NCBI GenBank assembly: GCA_028826165.1
Contig: JAPDFW010000095.1
Span: 186,001-250,000, forward strand
DNA length: 64,000 bases
Source: Anaeramoeba ignava BMAN
Taxonomy: Eukaryota > Protista > Anaeramoebae
Direction of reading: 5' to 3'
A program made the translations under genes and the position numbers. This document shows, piece by piece, positions 37,138-48,161 of this stretch (position 1 is the stretch's first letter; each line of letters opens with the position of its first letter). The notes below the pieces were generated by a model. It made no database searches and was not told the DNA's origin. It saw nothing but the letters and a program-made list of their open reading frames with translations.

Positions 37138-38595
37138 TTAGAAATATGCTTCTAAATCTTCAATTTTCCATCCAACATATTCTCCTGCTAAAAATGTTCT
37201 TGCTTCATTTGTTTCATAAGTATAACCATCAGGAAGTTGATAAACTCTTCCTAAATTAGATCTTCCATTATCTAAAGTTGAATAAACACAAAGATCTCCA
37301 TAATATCCAAAATCTCCAAAATATGGACCATAATCATTATTAGAATAAATAGCTCTTTCATTTCTTTCTTCAATAATTGGGAATTTTTGAGGAGGTGAAT
37401 TTTTTGGATTTTTAATTGTGAAAATAAATGAAGAATCATCTTTAACATGTCCTGGATTTTGTGATTTAAATCCTACTTTTGTAAATCCTCCCATTATATA
37501 TCCTTTGGCTGATTTAACTATTATAAGTGTTGGTCCTTTATCATCACAAACTTTATGAAATTCTTTACTTGAAAATCCATCTTTTTTTGCTGAAAATCTA
37601 AGTTTCATTTTTGTGAAAAATTTTTTATCTTGAATCCAACTTCTTATTAATCGAAAAATGCTTATATCTTTAATTATATCTGAATTTAAATAAAATCGTA
37701 AATTGAAAAATAATGAATTGCTTTTTTTGTATTCTTCTTGATATTCCAAAAGTAATTTATCAAATTCTTCAAAATTTGAATTTTGGATTTTCTTCAATTT
37801 GAAAACTTTCTTTAAAACTTCATCTTCAATTATATTCATTTTTGAAACTTGTTTTATTTCTTTTTTAGAAAATTCAATAAATCTGATTTTATTGATTAAT
37901 TTGGAAATTTTGGATTTTAATTCTTCTCTTTCAATAATGTTTAGTTTTTCCTTTTGGATATGGAGTTTGTGTTTTCCCCATTTAATTATTGTTTGGAAAA
38001 TATCAAATTCATTAGGAAAAAGTTGTTCGCTTGATAATATTCTTTCTAAATGATATTCTTCAAGTTCTTCAAAAAATTTAATTTTTAATAAAGAATTAAA
38101 ATGTTCAGAAATAAATTGATAGCAAAAATCATTTAAATCTTTAATATTCATTGTTTCTGAAATTTTAAGAATATCTGATAAAATTTCAATTTGGAAATTT
38201 TCTTTAATAAAATCTGAAGCAAAACTTGTTAATTCTTCAATTAAATATTTTGATGAAAAAATTAAAATTTCAACTGCATTTTCTAAATTTAAATTGCATT
38301 TTCCAGTATAAAGATATTGTAAAACGATTGAAAAGGCTTCTTTTGAAACATCTTGAAAAATAATTTTATTTTCTTGATATTCTTTCATTTTTGAATGAAA
38401 CATTGATTTAAAATATTGACTTCTTGAAGAAAGAATTGATTTATGGCAATTAAAAGAAAATTGATTTTGATTTGATGAATAACAAATAATTTCAAAATCG
38501 CTATAATTATCTTCATTATCGTTTTGGGTTATTAAGTTTTCTAAATCTTGTGATAATTTTTCTGTGTTTGAAAATGTTTTATTTATTGTTTCCAT
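37138..38595 (-). CDS. BTB-BACK-TLDc domain protein (copy 2); true start is probably METINK at 38595
   Basis: Near-identical to 30134-31591 over its full length. The ORF-track extension to 38742 overlaps the opposite-strand gene. Confidence 0.92.
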   Translation of the reverse strand: METINKTFSNTEKLSQDLENLITQNDNEDNYSDFEIICYSSNQNQFSFNCHKSILSSRSQYFKSMFHSKMKEYQENKIIFQDVSKEAFSIVLQYLYTGKCNLNLENAVEILIFSSKYLIEELTSFASDFIKENFQIEILSDILKISETMNIKDLNDFCYQFISEHFNSLLKIKFFEELEEYHLERILSSEQLFPNEFDIFQTIIKWGKHKLHIQKEKLNIIEREELKSKISKLINKIRFIEFSKKEIKQVSKMNIIEDEVLKKVFKLKKIQNSNFEEFDKLLLEYQEEYKKSNSLFFNLRFYLNSDIIKDISIFRLIRSWIQDKKFFTKMKLRFSAKKDGFSSKEFHKVCDDKGPTLIIVKSAKGYIMGGFTKVGFKSQNPGHVKDDSSFIFTIKNPKNSPPQKFPIIEERNERAIYSNNDYGPYFGDFGYYGDLCVYSTLDNGRSNLGRVYQLPDGYTYETNEARTFLAGEYVGWKIEDLEAYF

Positions 38596-38663
38596 TTTTA
38601 AAAAAAATGAATTTAAAAAAATGAATTTTAAAAAATGAATTTTCATTTTTTTCTTTTTTAAAA

Positions 38664-40432
38664 ATGAATGATTGTTTATTTTTTGGTTTAAATAGAAATC
38701 CAGAACTTTTCGAAAATGAACCATATAAAATAACAAAACCAATTCAATTTAAATTTGAAAATGAAAATGAAAATGAAAATGAAAAACAAATTAAACAAAT
38801 TTCATCAGAAGAATTTTCAATAATTTTCCTTTTTAAAAATGGAAAAGCAATAGAATATTCAAATCAAACAAATTCAAAACAAAATCCTGAAAAAATCCAA
38901 ATTGAAGAAAATATTCAAAAAGTAACTGTTAGTTTTGTAAATGAAGCTATTTTAACAATAGAAGGAAATGTATTTGCCAAAGGAAAAAATGTTAATCTAA
39001 AAAATATAAAAGAATTTATCAATATTTCATCATTAATTGAAGATACAAACGATAGAATAATTCAAGATATTGTTTCTGGATTAAGTTCAATTTACTTATT
39101 AACTTCAAATCAAAATGCTTATGGAATTGGTTCAAATTTTTGGTGTCAACTTGGTTTTGATTCTAAAACACTTGAAAAAACAGAAAAACCAATTTTAATG
39201 ATGAAAAATGTTTCTAAAATATTTTCAGGAAATTGTTCACATCATTTTTTTCTTTTAAATTCAAATCAAGAATTATTTGGATGTGGAGATAATAGATATG
39301 GTCAACTTGGATTAGGAGAATCAACAGAAAAAGAAATAAAAATCCAAAAATTAACCAAAATAAAAAATATTCCAAAAGGCAAAATAATTGATATTCAATG
39401 TGGTGATGATAATTCAATAATGTTGATTGAAGATGAAATTGAAAATGAAAATCCAAAAAGAAAACTTTATTCATGTGGATATTGGGAGTATAATGGACTT
39501 GGAAAAGATGAAAATACTTATGAATTTACTGAAATCAAATCATCTTTATTTGAAAATGATGATAATATTCTTGATTTTTCTTGTGCAAATGCTCATACTT
39601 TGATTTTAACTTCCAAACCAAAATTAATTGGTTTTGGACATAATTATTATGGCCAATTAGGAACTGGAGACACAGAATATCAATCAATTCCAATTCAAAT
39701 TGAACTTCCTAAATTAAGATTTAATGAAAATATTTCTAATTATCATCTTTGTTGTGGCTATCTCAAATCATTTCTTTATTATTCTTCTCCTCTTTTTTCC
39801 AATCTTGAAGAAGATTTGATAAAATTATTTAGAAGAAAAGAATTTTGTGATATTTCATTTAAAACCAAAAATGGAGAAATAATTGAAGCTCATAAATTAA
39901 TATTAAAATATAGATTAAATCAAAATCAAAAATTGAAAAACTTAAAGAAATTATTTCAAAAAAATCAATTAAAGAATCAAATCAAATATTTGAAATGATT
40001 TATTCAAACAGAATAATAAATCCAAAATTATATTCTGAAATTAAAGAAATTACAAATTTAAATGAAAAAATTGAAGAAACAATGAAAAGAATTTATTTAA
40101 ATGAAAATGAAAAAGATTTTATAATTGAAAGAAAAGAAAAACAATATAAATTTCCTAAATTAATATTAATAATGAGAAGTGAATTATATCGAGGAATGTT
40201 TTTATCTGTAACAGAAGATAAATCAAATAAAGTTACAGACTATAGTGAATTAAGTAATAAATCATTTCAAATATTTGAATATTGGATTTATTCAAATCAA
40301 ATTAAAGAAGAAATTCAAATTACACAAGAAATTATTGATGAAATTGAAATTGGAATTGATTATTTTCAATTAAATCAAACAAATCCAAATTTATTTGATT
40401 TATTAATTAATAAATTTAATAATCAAAATTAA
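38664..40432 (+). CDS. RCC1-repeat plus tandem-BTB protein, copy 1 (frameshift near 39930)
   Basis: RCC1 motifs GCGDNRYGQLGLG, HTLILT and GHNYYGQLGTG. BTB motifs FCDISF...AHKLIL and LIMRSELYRGMF. Split across the ORFs 38664-39998 and 39995-40432. Confidence 0.85.
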
Positions 40433-40532
40433 AATCAAAATTAAAATTAAAATCAAAATTAAAATTAAAATTAAAATTAAAATTAAAATTAAAATTAAAA
40501 TCAAAATCAAAATCAAAATTAAAATTCAAAAT

Positions 40533-40560
40533 TTATTTTTTCATTTTTTTCTTTTCAAAA
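40533..40560 (+). promoter_or_regulatory. Candidate Inr-like core promoter TTTTTTCATTTTTTTCTTTTCAAAA immediately upstream of the ATG
   Basis: The same element precedes the ATGs at 42987, 45107, 54207 and 63387, where the only other upstream sequence is satellite. Confidence 0.5.
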
Positions 40561-42342
40561 ATGAATGATTGTTTATTTTTTGGTCAAAATTACAATCCAA
40601 AACTTAACCAAAATGAATCAAATAAAATAACAAAACCAATTCAATTTAAATTTGAAAATGAAAATGAAAATGAAAATGAAAAACAAATTAAACAAATTTC
40701 AACATCAAGTTATTCAACAATTTTCCTTTTTGAAAATGGAAAAGCAATAGAATATTCAAATCAAACAAATTCAAAACAAAATCCTGAAAAAATCCAAATT
40801 GAAGAAAATATTCAAAAAGTAACTGTTGGTGTTCGAAATGAAGCTATTTTAACAAAAGAAGGAAATGTATTTGCAAAAGGAGAAAATATTAATCCAAATA
40901 ATATAAAAGAATTTATCAATATTTCATCATTAATTGAAGATAAAAATGATAGAATAATTCAAGATGCTGTTTCTGGTTGGTGTTCAATTTATTTATTAAC
41001 TTCAAATCAAAATGTTTATGGAATTGGTTCAAATCAATTTGGTCAACTTGGTTTTGATTCTGAAACACTTCCAAAAACAGAAAAACCAATTTTAATGATG
41101 AAAAATGTTTCTAAAATATTTTTAGAAAATTCTTCAGAACATGTTTTTCTTTTAAATTCAAATCAAGAATTATTTGGATGCGGATGGAATAATTATGGTC
41201 AAGTTGGATTAGGAGAATCAAGAAAAGAAGAATATATCCAAAAATTAACCAAAATACAAAATATTCCAAAAGGCAAAATAATTGATATTAAATCTGGATA
41301 TTTTCATTCAATAATGTTGATTGAAAATGAAAATCAAAATCAAAATCCAAAAAGAAAACTTTATTCATGTGGATTTTGGAAATATAATGGACTTGGCAAA
41401 AATGAAAATACTTATGAATTTACTGAAATCAAATCATCTTTATTTGGAAATGATGATAATATTCTTGATTTTTCTGTTGGAAATGCTCATACTTTGATTT
41501 TAACTTCCAATTCAAAATTAATAGTATTTGGATATAATTATTATGGTCAATTAGGAACTGGAAACATAGAATATCAATCAATTCCAATTCAAATTAAACT
41601 TCCTAAATTAAGATTTAATGAAGATATTTCAAATTATCATATTCTTTGTGGCAATAATAGATCATTTCTTTATTATTCTCCTTTTATTTCTTCTTTTTCC
41701 AATCTTGAAGAAGATTTGATAAAATTATTTAGAAGAAAAGAATTTTGTGATATTTCATTTAAAACCAAAAATGGAGAAATAATTGAAGCTCATAAATTAA
41801 TATTGAAATATAGATTAAATCAAAATGAAAATCAAATTGAAAAACTTAAAGAAATTATTTCAAAAAAATCAATTAAAGAATCAAATCAAATATTTGAAAT
41901 GATTTATTCAAACAGAATAATAAATCCAAAATTATATTCTGAAATTAAAGAAATTACAAATTTAAATGAAAAAATTGAAGAAACAATGAAAAGAATTTAT
42001 TTAAATGAAAATGAAAATGAAAAAGATTTTATTATTGAAAGAAAAGAAAAACAATATAAATTTCCAAAATTAATATTAATAATGAGAAGTGAATTATATC
42101 GAGGAATGTTTTTATCTGTAACAGAAGATAAATCAAATAAAGTTACAGATTATAGTGAATTAAGTAATAAATCATTTCAAATATTTGAATATTGGATTTA
42201 TTCAAATCAAATTAAAGAAGAAATTCAAATTACACAAGAAATTATTGATGAAATTGAAATTGGAATTGATTATTTTCAATTAAATCAAACAAATCCAAAT
42301 TTATTTGATTTATTAATTAGGAAATTTAATAATCAAAATTAA
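40561..42342 (+). CDS. RCC1-repeat plus tandem-BTB protein, copy 2 (intact, 593 aa)
   Basis: Same motifs in a single ORF. Confidence 0.92.
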   Translation: MNDCLFFGQNYNPKLNQNESNKITKPIQFKFENENENENEKQIKQISTSSYSTIFLFENGKAIEYSNQTNSKQNPEKIQIEENIQKVTVGVRNEAILTKEGNVFAKGENINPNNIKEFINISSLIEDKNDRIIQDAVSGWCSIYLLTSNQNVYGIGSNQFGQLGFDSETLPKTEKPILMMKNVSKIFLENSSEHVFLLNSNQELFGCGWNNYGQVGLGESRKEEYIQKLTKIQNIPKGKIIDIKSGYFHSIMLIENENQNQNPKRKLYSCGFWKYNGLGKNENTYEFTEIKSSLFGNDDNILDFSVGNAHTLILTSNSKLIVFGYNYYGQLGTGNIEYQSIPIQIKLPKLRFNEDISNYHILCGNNRSFLYYSPFISSFSNLEEDLIKLFRRKEFCDISFKTKNGEIIEAHKLILKYRLNQNENQIEKLKEIISKKSIKESNQIFEMIYSNRIINPKLYSEIKEITNLNEKIEETMKRIYLNENENEKDFIIERKEKQYKFPKLILIMRSELYRGMFLSVTEDKSNKVTDYSELSNKSFQIFEYWIYSNQIKEEIQITQEIIDEIEIGIDYFQLNQTNPNLFDLLIRKFNNQN

Positions 42343-42344
42343 AT

Positions 42345-42955
42345 TTAAAATTAAAATTAAAATTAAAATTAAAATTAAAATCAAAATCAAAATCAAAATT
42401 AAAATCAAAACTAAAATTAAAATTAAAATCAAAATTAAAATTAAAATTAAAATTTAAAATTAAAATTAAAATTCAAATTAAAATCAAAATTAAAAATTAA
42501 AATTAAAATTAAAATTAAAATTAAAATTAAAATTAAAATTAAAATTAAAATTAAAATAAAAATCAAAATTAAAATTAAAATTAAAATTAAAATTAAAATC
42601 AAAATCAAAATTAAAAATTAAAATTAAAATCAAAATCAAAATTAAAATTAAAATTAAAATTCATTTATAAAATTAAAATCAAAATTAAAATTAAAATTAA
42701 AATTAAAATCAAAATCAAAATTAAAATTAAAATTAAAATTAAAATTAAAATTAAAATTAAAATTAAAATTGAAATTAAAATTAAATTTAAAATTAAAATT
42801 AAAATTAAAATTAAAATTTAAATCAAATTTAAATCAAATTTAAAAATTAAAATTAAAATTAAAATCAAAATTAAAATTAAAATTAAAATTAAAATCAAAA
42901 TTAAAATTAAAAATTAAAATTAAAAATTAAAATTAAAATTAAAATTAAAATTCAA
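42345..42955. repeat. (AAAATT)n satellite spacer between RCC1-BTB copies; similar spacers at 40433-40525, 44760-45070, 53745-54175, 56075-56350 and 63238-63350
   Basis: Tandem hexamer. Confidence 0.9.
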
Positions 42956-42986
42956 AATTTATTTTTTCATTTTTTTCTTTTCAAAA

Positions 42987-44760
42987 ATGAATGATTGTTT
43001 ATTTTTTGGTCAAAATGATAATCCAAAACTTATCCAAAATGAATCAAATAAAATAACAAAACCAATTCAATTTAAATTTGAAAATGAAAATGAAAATGAA
43101 AATGAAAATGAAAAACAAATTAAACAAATTTCATCAGGTTATTTATCAACAATTTTCCTTTTTGAAAATGGAAAAGCAATAGAATATTTAAATGAAGAAA
43201 ATGATTCAAATCAAAATCCTGAAAAAATACAAATTGAAGAAAATATACAAAAAGTAACTGTTGGACATGATAATGAAGTTATTTTAACAATAGAAGGAAA
43301 TGTATTTGCCAAAGGAAATTATGTGAATCAACAAAATCCAAATGAATTTATCAATATTTCATCATTAATTGAAGATACAAATGATAGAATAATTGAAAAT
43401 ATTGTTTCTGGTGCTTTTTCAGTTTACTTATTAACTTCAAATCAAAATGTTTATGGAATTGGTTCAAATTCATCTTCTCAACTCAGTTTTGATTCTGAAA
43501 CACTTAAAAAAACAGAAAAACCAATTTTAATGATGAAAAATGTTTCTAAAATATTTTCAGGAAATAGCTCTTTTTGTGTTTTTCTTTTAAATTCAAATCA
43601 AGAATTATTTGGATGTGGTGATAATTATTTTAGACAACTTGGATTAGGAGAATCAAGAAAAGAATCAAAAATACAAAAATTAACCAAAATACAAAATATT
43701 CCAAAAGGCAAAATAATTGATATTCAATCTGGATATTTTCATTCAATAATGTTGATTGAAAATGAAAATGAAAATCCAAAAAGAAAACTTTATTCATGTG
43801 GATATTCTCGATATAATGGACTTGACAAAAATGAAAATACTTATGAATTTACTGAAATCAAATCATCTTTATTTGAAAATGAAAATGATTATATTATTGA
43901 TTTTTCTGTTGGAAATGCTCATACTTTGATTTTAACTTCCAATTCAAAATTAATAGTATTTGGAGATAATATAGATGGACAATTAGGAATTGGAGATACA
44001 AATGATCAATCAATTCCATTTCAAATTGAACTTCCTAAATTAAGATTTAATGAAGATATTTCCAATTATCATGTTCTTTGTGGTATTAATAGATCATTTC
44101 TTTATTATTCTCCTCCTTTTTCCAATCTTGAAGAAGATTTGATAAAACTATTTAGAAGAAAAGAATTTTGTGATATTTCATTTAAAACCAAAAATGGAGA
44201 AATAATTGAAGCTCATAAATTAATATTGAAATATAGATTAAATCAAAATCAAAATCAAAATGAAAAACTTAAAGAAATTATTTCAAAAAAATCAATTAAA
44301 GAATCAAATCAAATATTTGAAATGATTTATTCAAACAGAATAATAAATCCAAAATTATATTCTGAAATTAAAGAAATTATAAATTCCAATGAAAAAATTG
44401 AAGAAACAATGAAAAGAATTTATTTAAATGAAAATGAAAATGAAAAAGATTTTATAATTGAAAGAAAAGAAAAACAATATAAATTTCCTAAAATTAATAT
44501 TAATAATGAGAAGTGAATTATATCGAGGAATGTTTTTATCTGTAACAGAAGATAAATCAAATAAAGTTACAGATTATAGTGAATTAAGTAATAAATCATT
44601 TCAAATATTTGAATATTGGATTTATTCAAATCAAATTAAAGAAGAAATTCAAATTACACAAGAAATTATTGATGAAATTCAAATTGGAATTGATTATTTT
44701 CAATTAAATCAAACAAATCCAAATTTATTTGATTTATTAATTAATAAATTTAATAATTAA
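42987..44760 (+). CDS. RCC1-repeat plus tandem-BTB protein, copy 3 (frameshift near 44490)
   Basis: CCTAAAATTA versus CCTAAATTA in paralogues; ORFs 42987-44516 and 44458-44760. Confidence 0.85.
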
Positions 44761-45106
44761 AATTAAAATTAAAATTAAAATTAAAATTAAAATTAAAATT
44801 AAAATTAAAATTAAAATCAAAATTAAAATTAAAATCAAAATTAAAATTCAAATTAAAATCAATATTAAAATTAAAATTAAAATTAAAATTAAAATTAAAA
44901 TCAAAATTAAAATTAAAATTAAAATTAAAATTAAAATTAAAATTAAAATTAAAATCAAAATTAAAATAAAAATTTAAATTAAAATTAAAATCAAAATCAA
45001 AATTAAAATTAAAATTAAAATTAAAATTAAAAATTCAAATTAAAATTAAAATCAAAATTAAAATTAAAAATTCAAAATTTATTTTTTCATTTTTTTCTTT
45101 TCAAAA

Positions 45107-46935
45107 ATGAATGATTGTTTATTTTTTGGTCAAAATTACAATCCAAAACTTAACCAAAATAAATCAAATAAAATAACAAAACCAATTCAATTTAAATTTG
45201 AAAATGAAAATGAAAATGAAAATGAAAATGAAAATGAAAAACAAATTAAACAAATTTCATCAGGTTATTTATCAACAATTTTCCTTTTTGAAAATGGAAA
45301 AGCAATAGAATATTCAAATCAAACAAATTCAAAACAAAATCCTGAAAAAATCCAAATTGAAGAAAATATTCAAAAAGTAACTGTTGGTGTTCAAAATGAA
45401 GCTATTTTAACAAAAGAAGGAAATGTATTTGCAAAAGGAGAAAATATTAATCCAAATAATACAAATGAATTTATCAATATTTCATCATTAATTGAAGATA
45501 AAAATGATAGAATAATTCAAGATGCTGTTTCTGGTTGGTGTTCAATTTACTTATTAACTTCAAATCAAAATGTTTATGGAATTGGTTCAAATCAATTTGG
45601 TCAACTTGGTTTTGATTCTGAAACACTTCCAAAAACATATAAACCAATTTTAATGATGAAAAATGTTTCTAAAATATTTTTAGAAAATTCTTCAGAACAT
45701 GTTTTTCTTTTAAATTCAAATCAAGAATTATTTGTATGCGGATGGAATAATTATGGTCAAGTTGGATTAGGAGAATCAAGAAAAGAAGAATATATCCAAA
45801 AATTAACCAAAATACAAAATATTCCAAAAGGTAAAATAATTGATATTAAATCTGGATATTTTCATTCAATAATGTTGATTGAAAATCAAAATGAAAATCC
45901 AAAAAGAAAACTTTATTCATGTGGATATTCTCGATATAATGGACTTGGTCAAAATGAAAATACTTATGAATTTACTGAAATCAAATCATCTTTATTTGAA
46001 AATGAAAATGATTATATTATTGATTTTTCTGTTGGAAATGCTCATACTTTGATTTTAACTTCCAATTCAAAATTAATTGGATTTGGAGATAATGATGATG
46101 GACAATTAGGAACTGGAGATACAAATGATCAATCAATTCCAATTCAAATTGAACTTCCTAAATTAAGATTTAATGAAAATATTTCCAATTATCATTTTTC
46201 TTGTGGATTTAATAGATCATTTCTTTATTATTCTCCTCCTTCTTTTTCCAATCTTGAAGAAGATTTGATAAAATTATTTAGAAGAAAAGAATTTTGTGAT
46301 ATTTCATTTAAAACCAAAAATGGAGAAATAATTGAAGCTCATAAATTAATATTGAAATATAGATTAAATCAAAATCAAAATCAAAATGAAATTGAAAAAC
46401 TTCAAGAAATTATTTCAAAAAATCAATTAAAGAATCAAATCAAATATTTGAAATGATTTATTCAAATAATTCCAAAATAAATCCAAAATTATATTCTGAA
46501 ATTAAAGAAATTATAAATTCAAATGAAAAAATTGAAGAAACAATGAAAAGAATTTATTTAAATGAAAATGAAAATGAAAATGAAAATGAAAAAGATTTTA
46601 TTATTGAAAGAAAAGAAAAACAATATAAATTTCCTAAATTAATATTAATAATGAGAAGTGAATTATATCGAGGAATGTTTTTATCTGTAACAGAAGATAA
46701 ATCAAATAAAGTTACAGATTATAGTGAATTAAGTAATAAATCATTTCAAATATTTGAATATTGGATTTATTCAAATCAAATTAAAGATGAAATTCAAATT
46801 ACAAAAGAAATTATTGATGAAATTCAAATTGGAATTGATTATTTTCAATTAAATCAAACAAATCCAAATTTATTTGATTTATTAATTAAGAAATTTAATA
46901 ATCAAAATCAAAATCAAAACCAAAAAAAAAATTAA
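45107..46935 (+). CDS. RCC1-repeat plus tandem-BTB protein, copy 4 (frameshift near 46420)
   Basis: The A-run in the SKKS codons is one base short relative to paralogues; ORFs 45107-46456 and 46453-46935. Confidence 0.85.
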
Positions 46936-46989
46936 AATCAAAATCAAAATCAAATTCAAAATAAAATTCAAAATCAAAATAAAATTCAA

Positions 46990-48053
46990 ATGAGTAGAAG
47001 TTATTCTTGTGGAAATATTTATGATTATGATTGTGGAACTTCTTGTGGTTGGAAAATAATTCATGTTTCAAATTGGGAAGAAATTGATGAAAGTCAACTA
47101 AAAGAAACAATGGATTTTTTGAATCTTACAAATAAAGAAAAAAAACAAGAAATATGTGAAATTTTATATTTATTTGCAAAAACAAATCCTGAAATTGGAT
47201 ATTATCAAGGTTTTTAATAGAAAATTCCTTTTTATTTTATTTTTTTTGGATTGAATTTTGAAATCAATATTAAAAATTATAATTGAAAAAAAAAATAGCA
47301 ATGAGTCAAATTTTAATTCCAATTTATCATTTATTTTCAACAGATCTAGATTTAGATTTCAAAAGTATTTTATGATTTATTTAATTTTTAATTTAGTTTA
47401 ATTTATAATTTTTTGGAATTGATTTTATTTAGGAAATGCAACTCAAGATTCTTTTTTTTGTTTCTCAAATTTAATTAATGAAATTAAAAAAGATTTAAAA
47501 TTATTTCAAAAAAAAATCAAAATTGAAAAAAATCCAATTCTTTTTAATGTTGATCGATTAATTAGATTTTATGATTTAGAATTATCAAATCATTTTGTAA
47601 AATTTTATTTTAGAAAAGAATTTTTAAAGTTGATTTATTTATTGATTTATTGATTTTAAATAGAGAAAATTATCAATTACTCCTCAAATATATTCTCTTG
47701 GTTGGATTTCATTACTTTTTACAGGAACATTTAAAATTTCAACTGTATTTAGAATTTGGGAAATTTTTTTTGGAAAAGAAGAAAGATTTAAATTTCTTCC
47801 ATTTATTTGTGCTTCAATTCCAATGTAATTAAAATTTAATTTAAAATTTAATTTAATAAATTTATAAAATAATAAATTAATAAATAGAATGATAAGAGAT
47901 TTTTTATTAAAAGAAAATGAATATGGAATAATGGAACTTCTTCAAAAATTTAAAATGATTGATACAAAACAATTAATTGAACTTTCAATAAAAATTTTTG
48001 AAAATTATGAAGAATCAAAAAAACAAAAAAAGAAAAAATCATTTTGGAAATGA
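46990..48053 (+). CDS. Short Rab-GAP TBC-domain protein (TBC1D13-like C-terminal half); 5 exons
   Basis: ILYLFAKTNPEIGYYQ|AMSQILIPIY...RNATQDSFFCFSNLINEI...PQIYSLGWISLLF...RIW; TGA at 48051-48053. Confidence 0.7.
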
Positions 48054-48161
48054 TGAAAATAATTTTTTTGTTTGATTGAAAATGAAAATGGAAATGAAAA
48101 TGAAAATGAAAAAAGAAAATTATTTTGTTTTGATTTGATTTAATTTGTTTTGAAAAATTTC

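Noticed and set aside
4783-37141. ORF-track entries made of IL/NF/LK/KI dipeptides (e.g. 4783-5040, 13005-13283, 19790-19993, 29545-30111, 36624-37141)
   Set aside because: Translations of hexamer satellites lying in introns or spacers.
38596-38742. 49-aa N-terminal extension of the second BTB-TLDc ORF
   Set aside because: Absent from the paralogue at 31591, and it overlaps the opposite-strand RCC1 gene and the promoter spacer.
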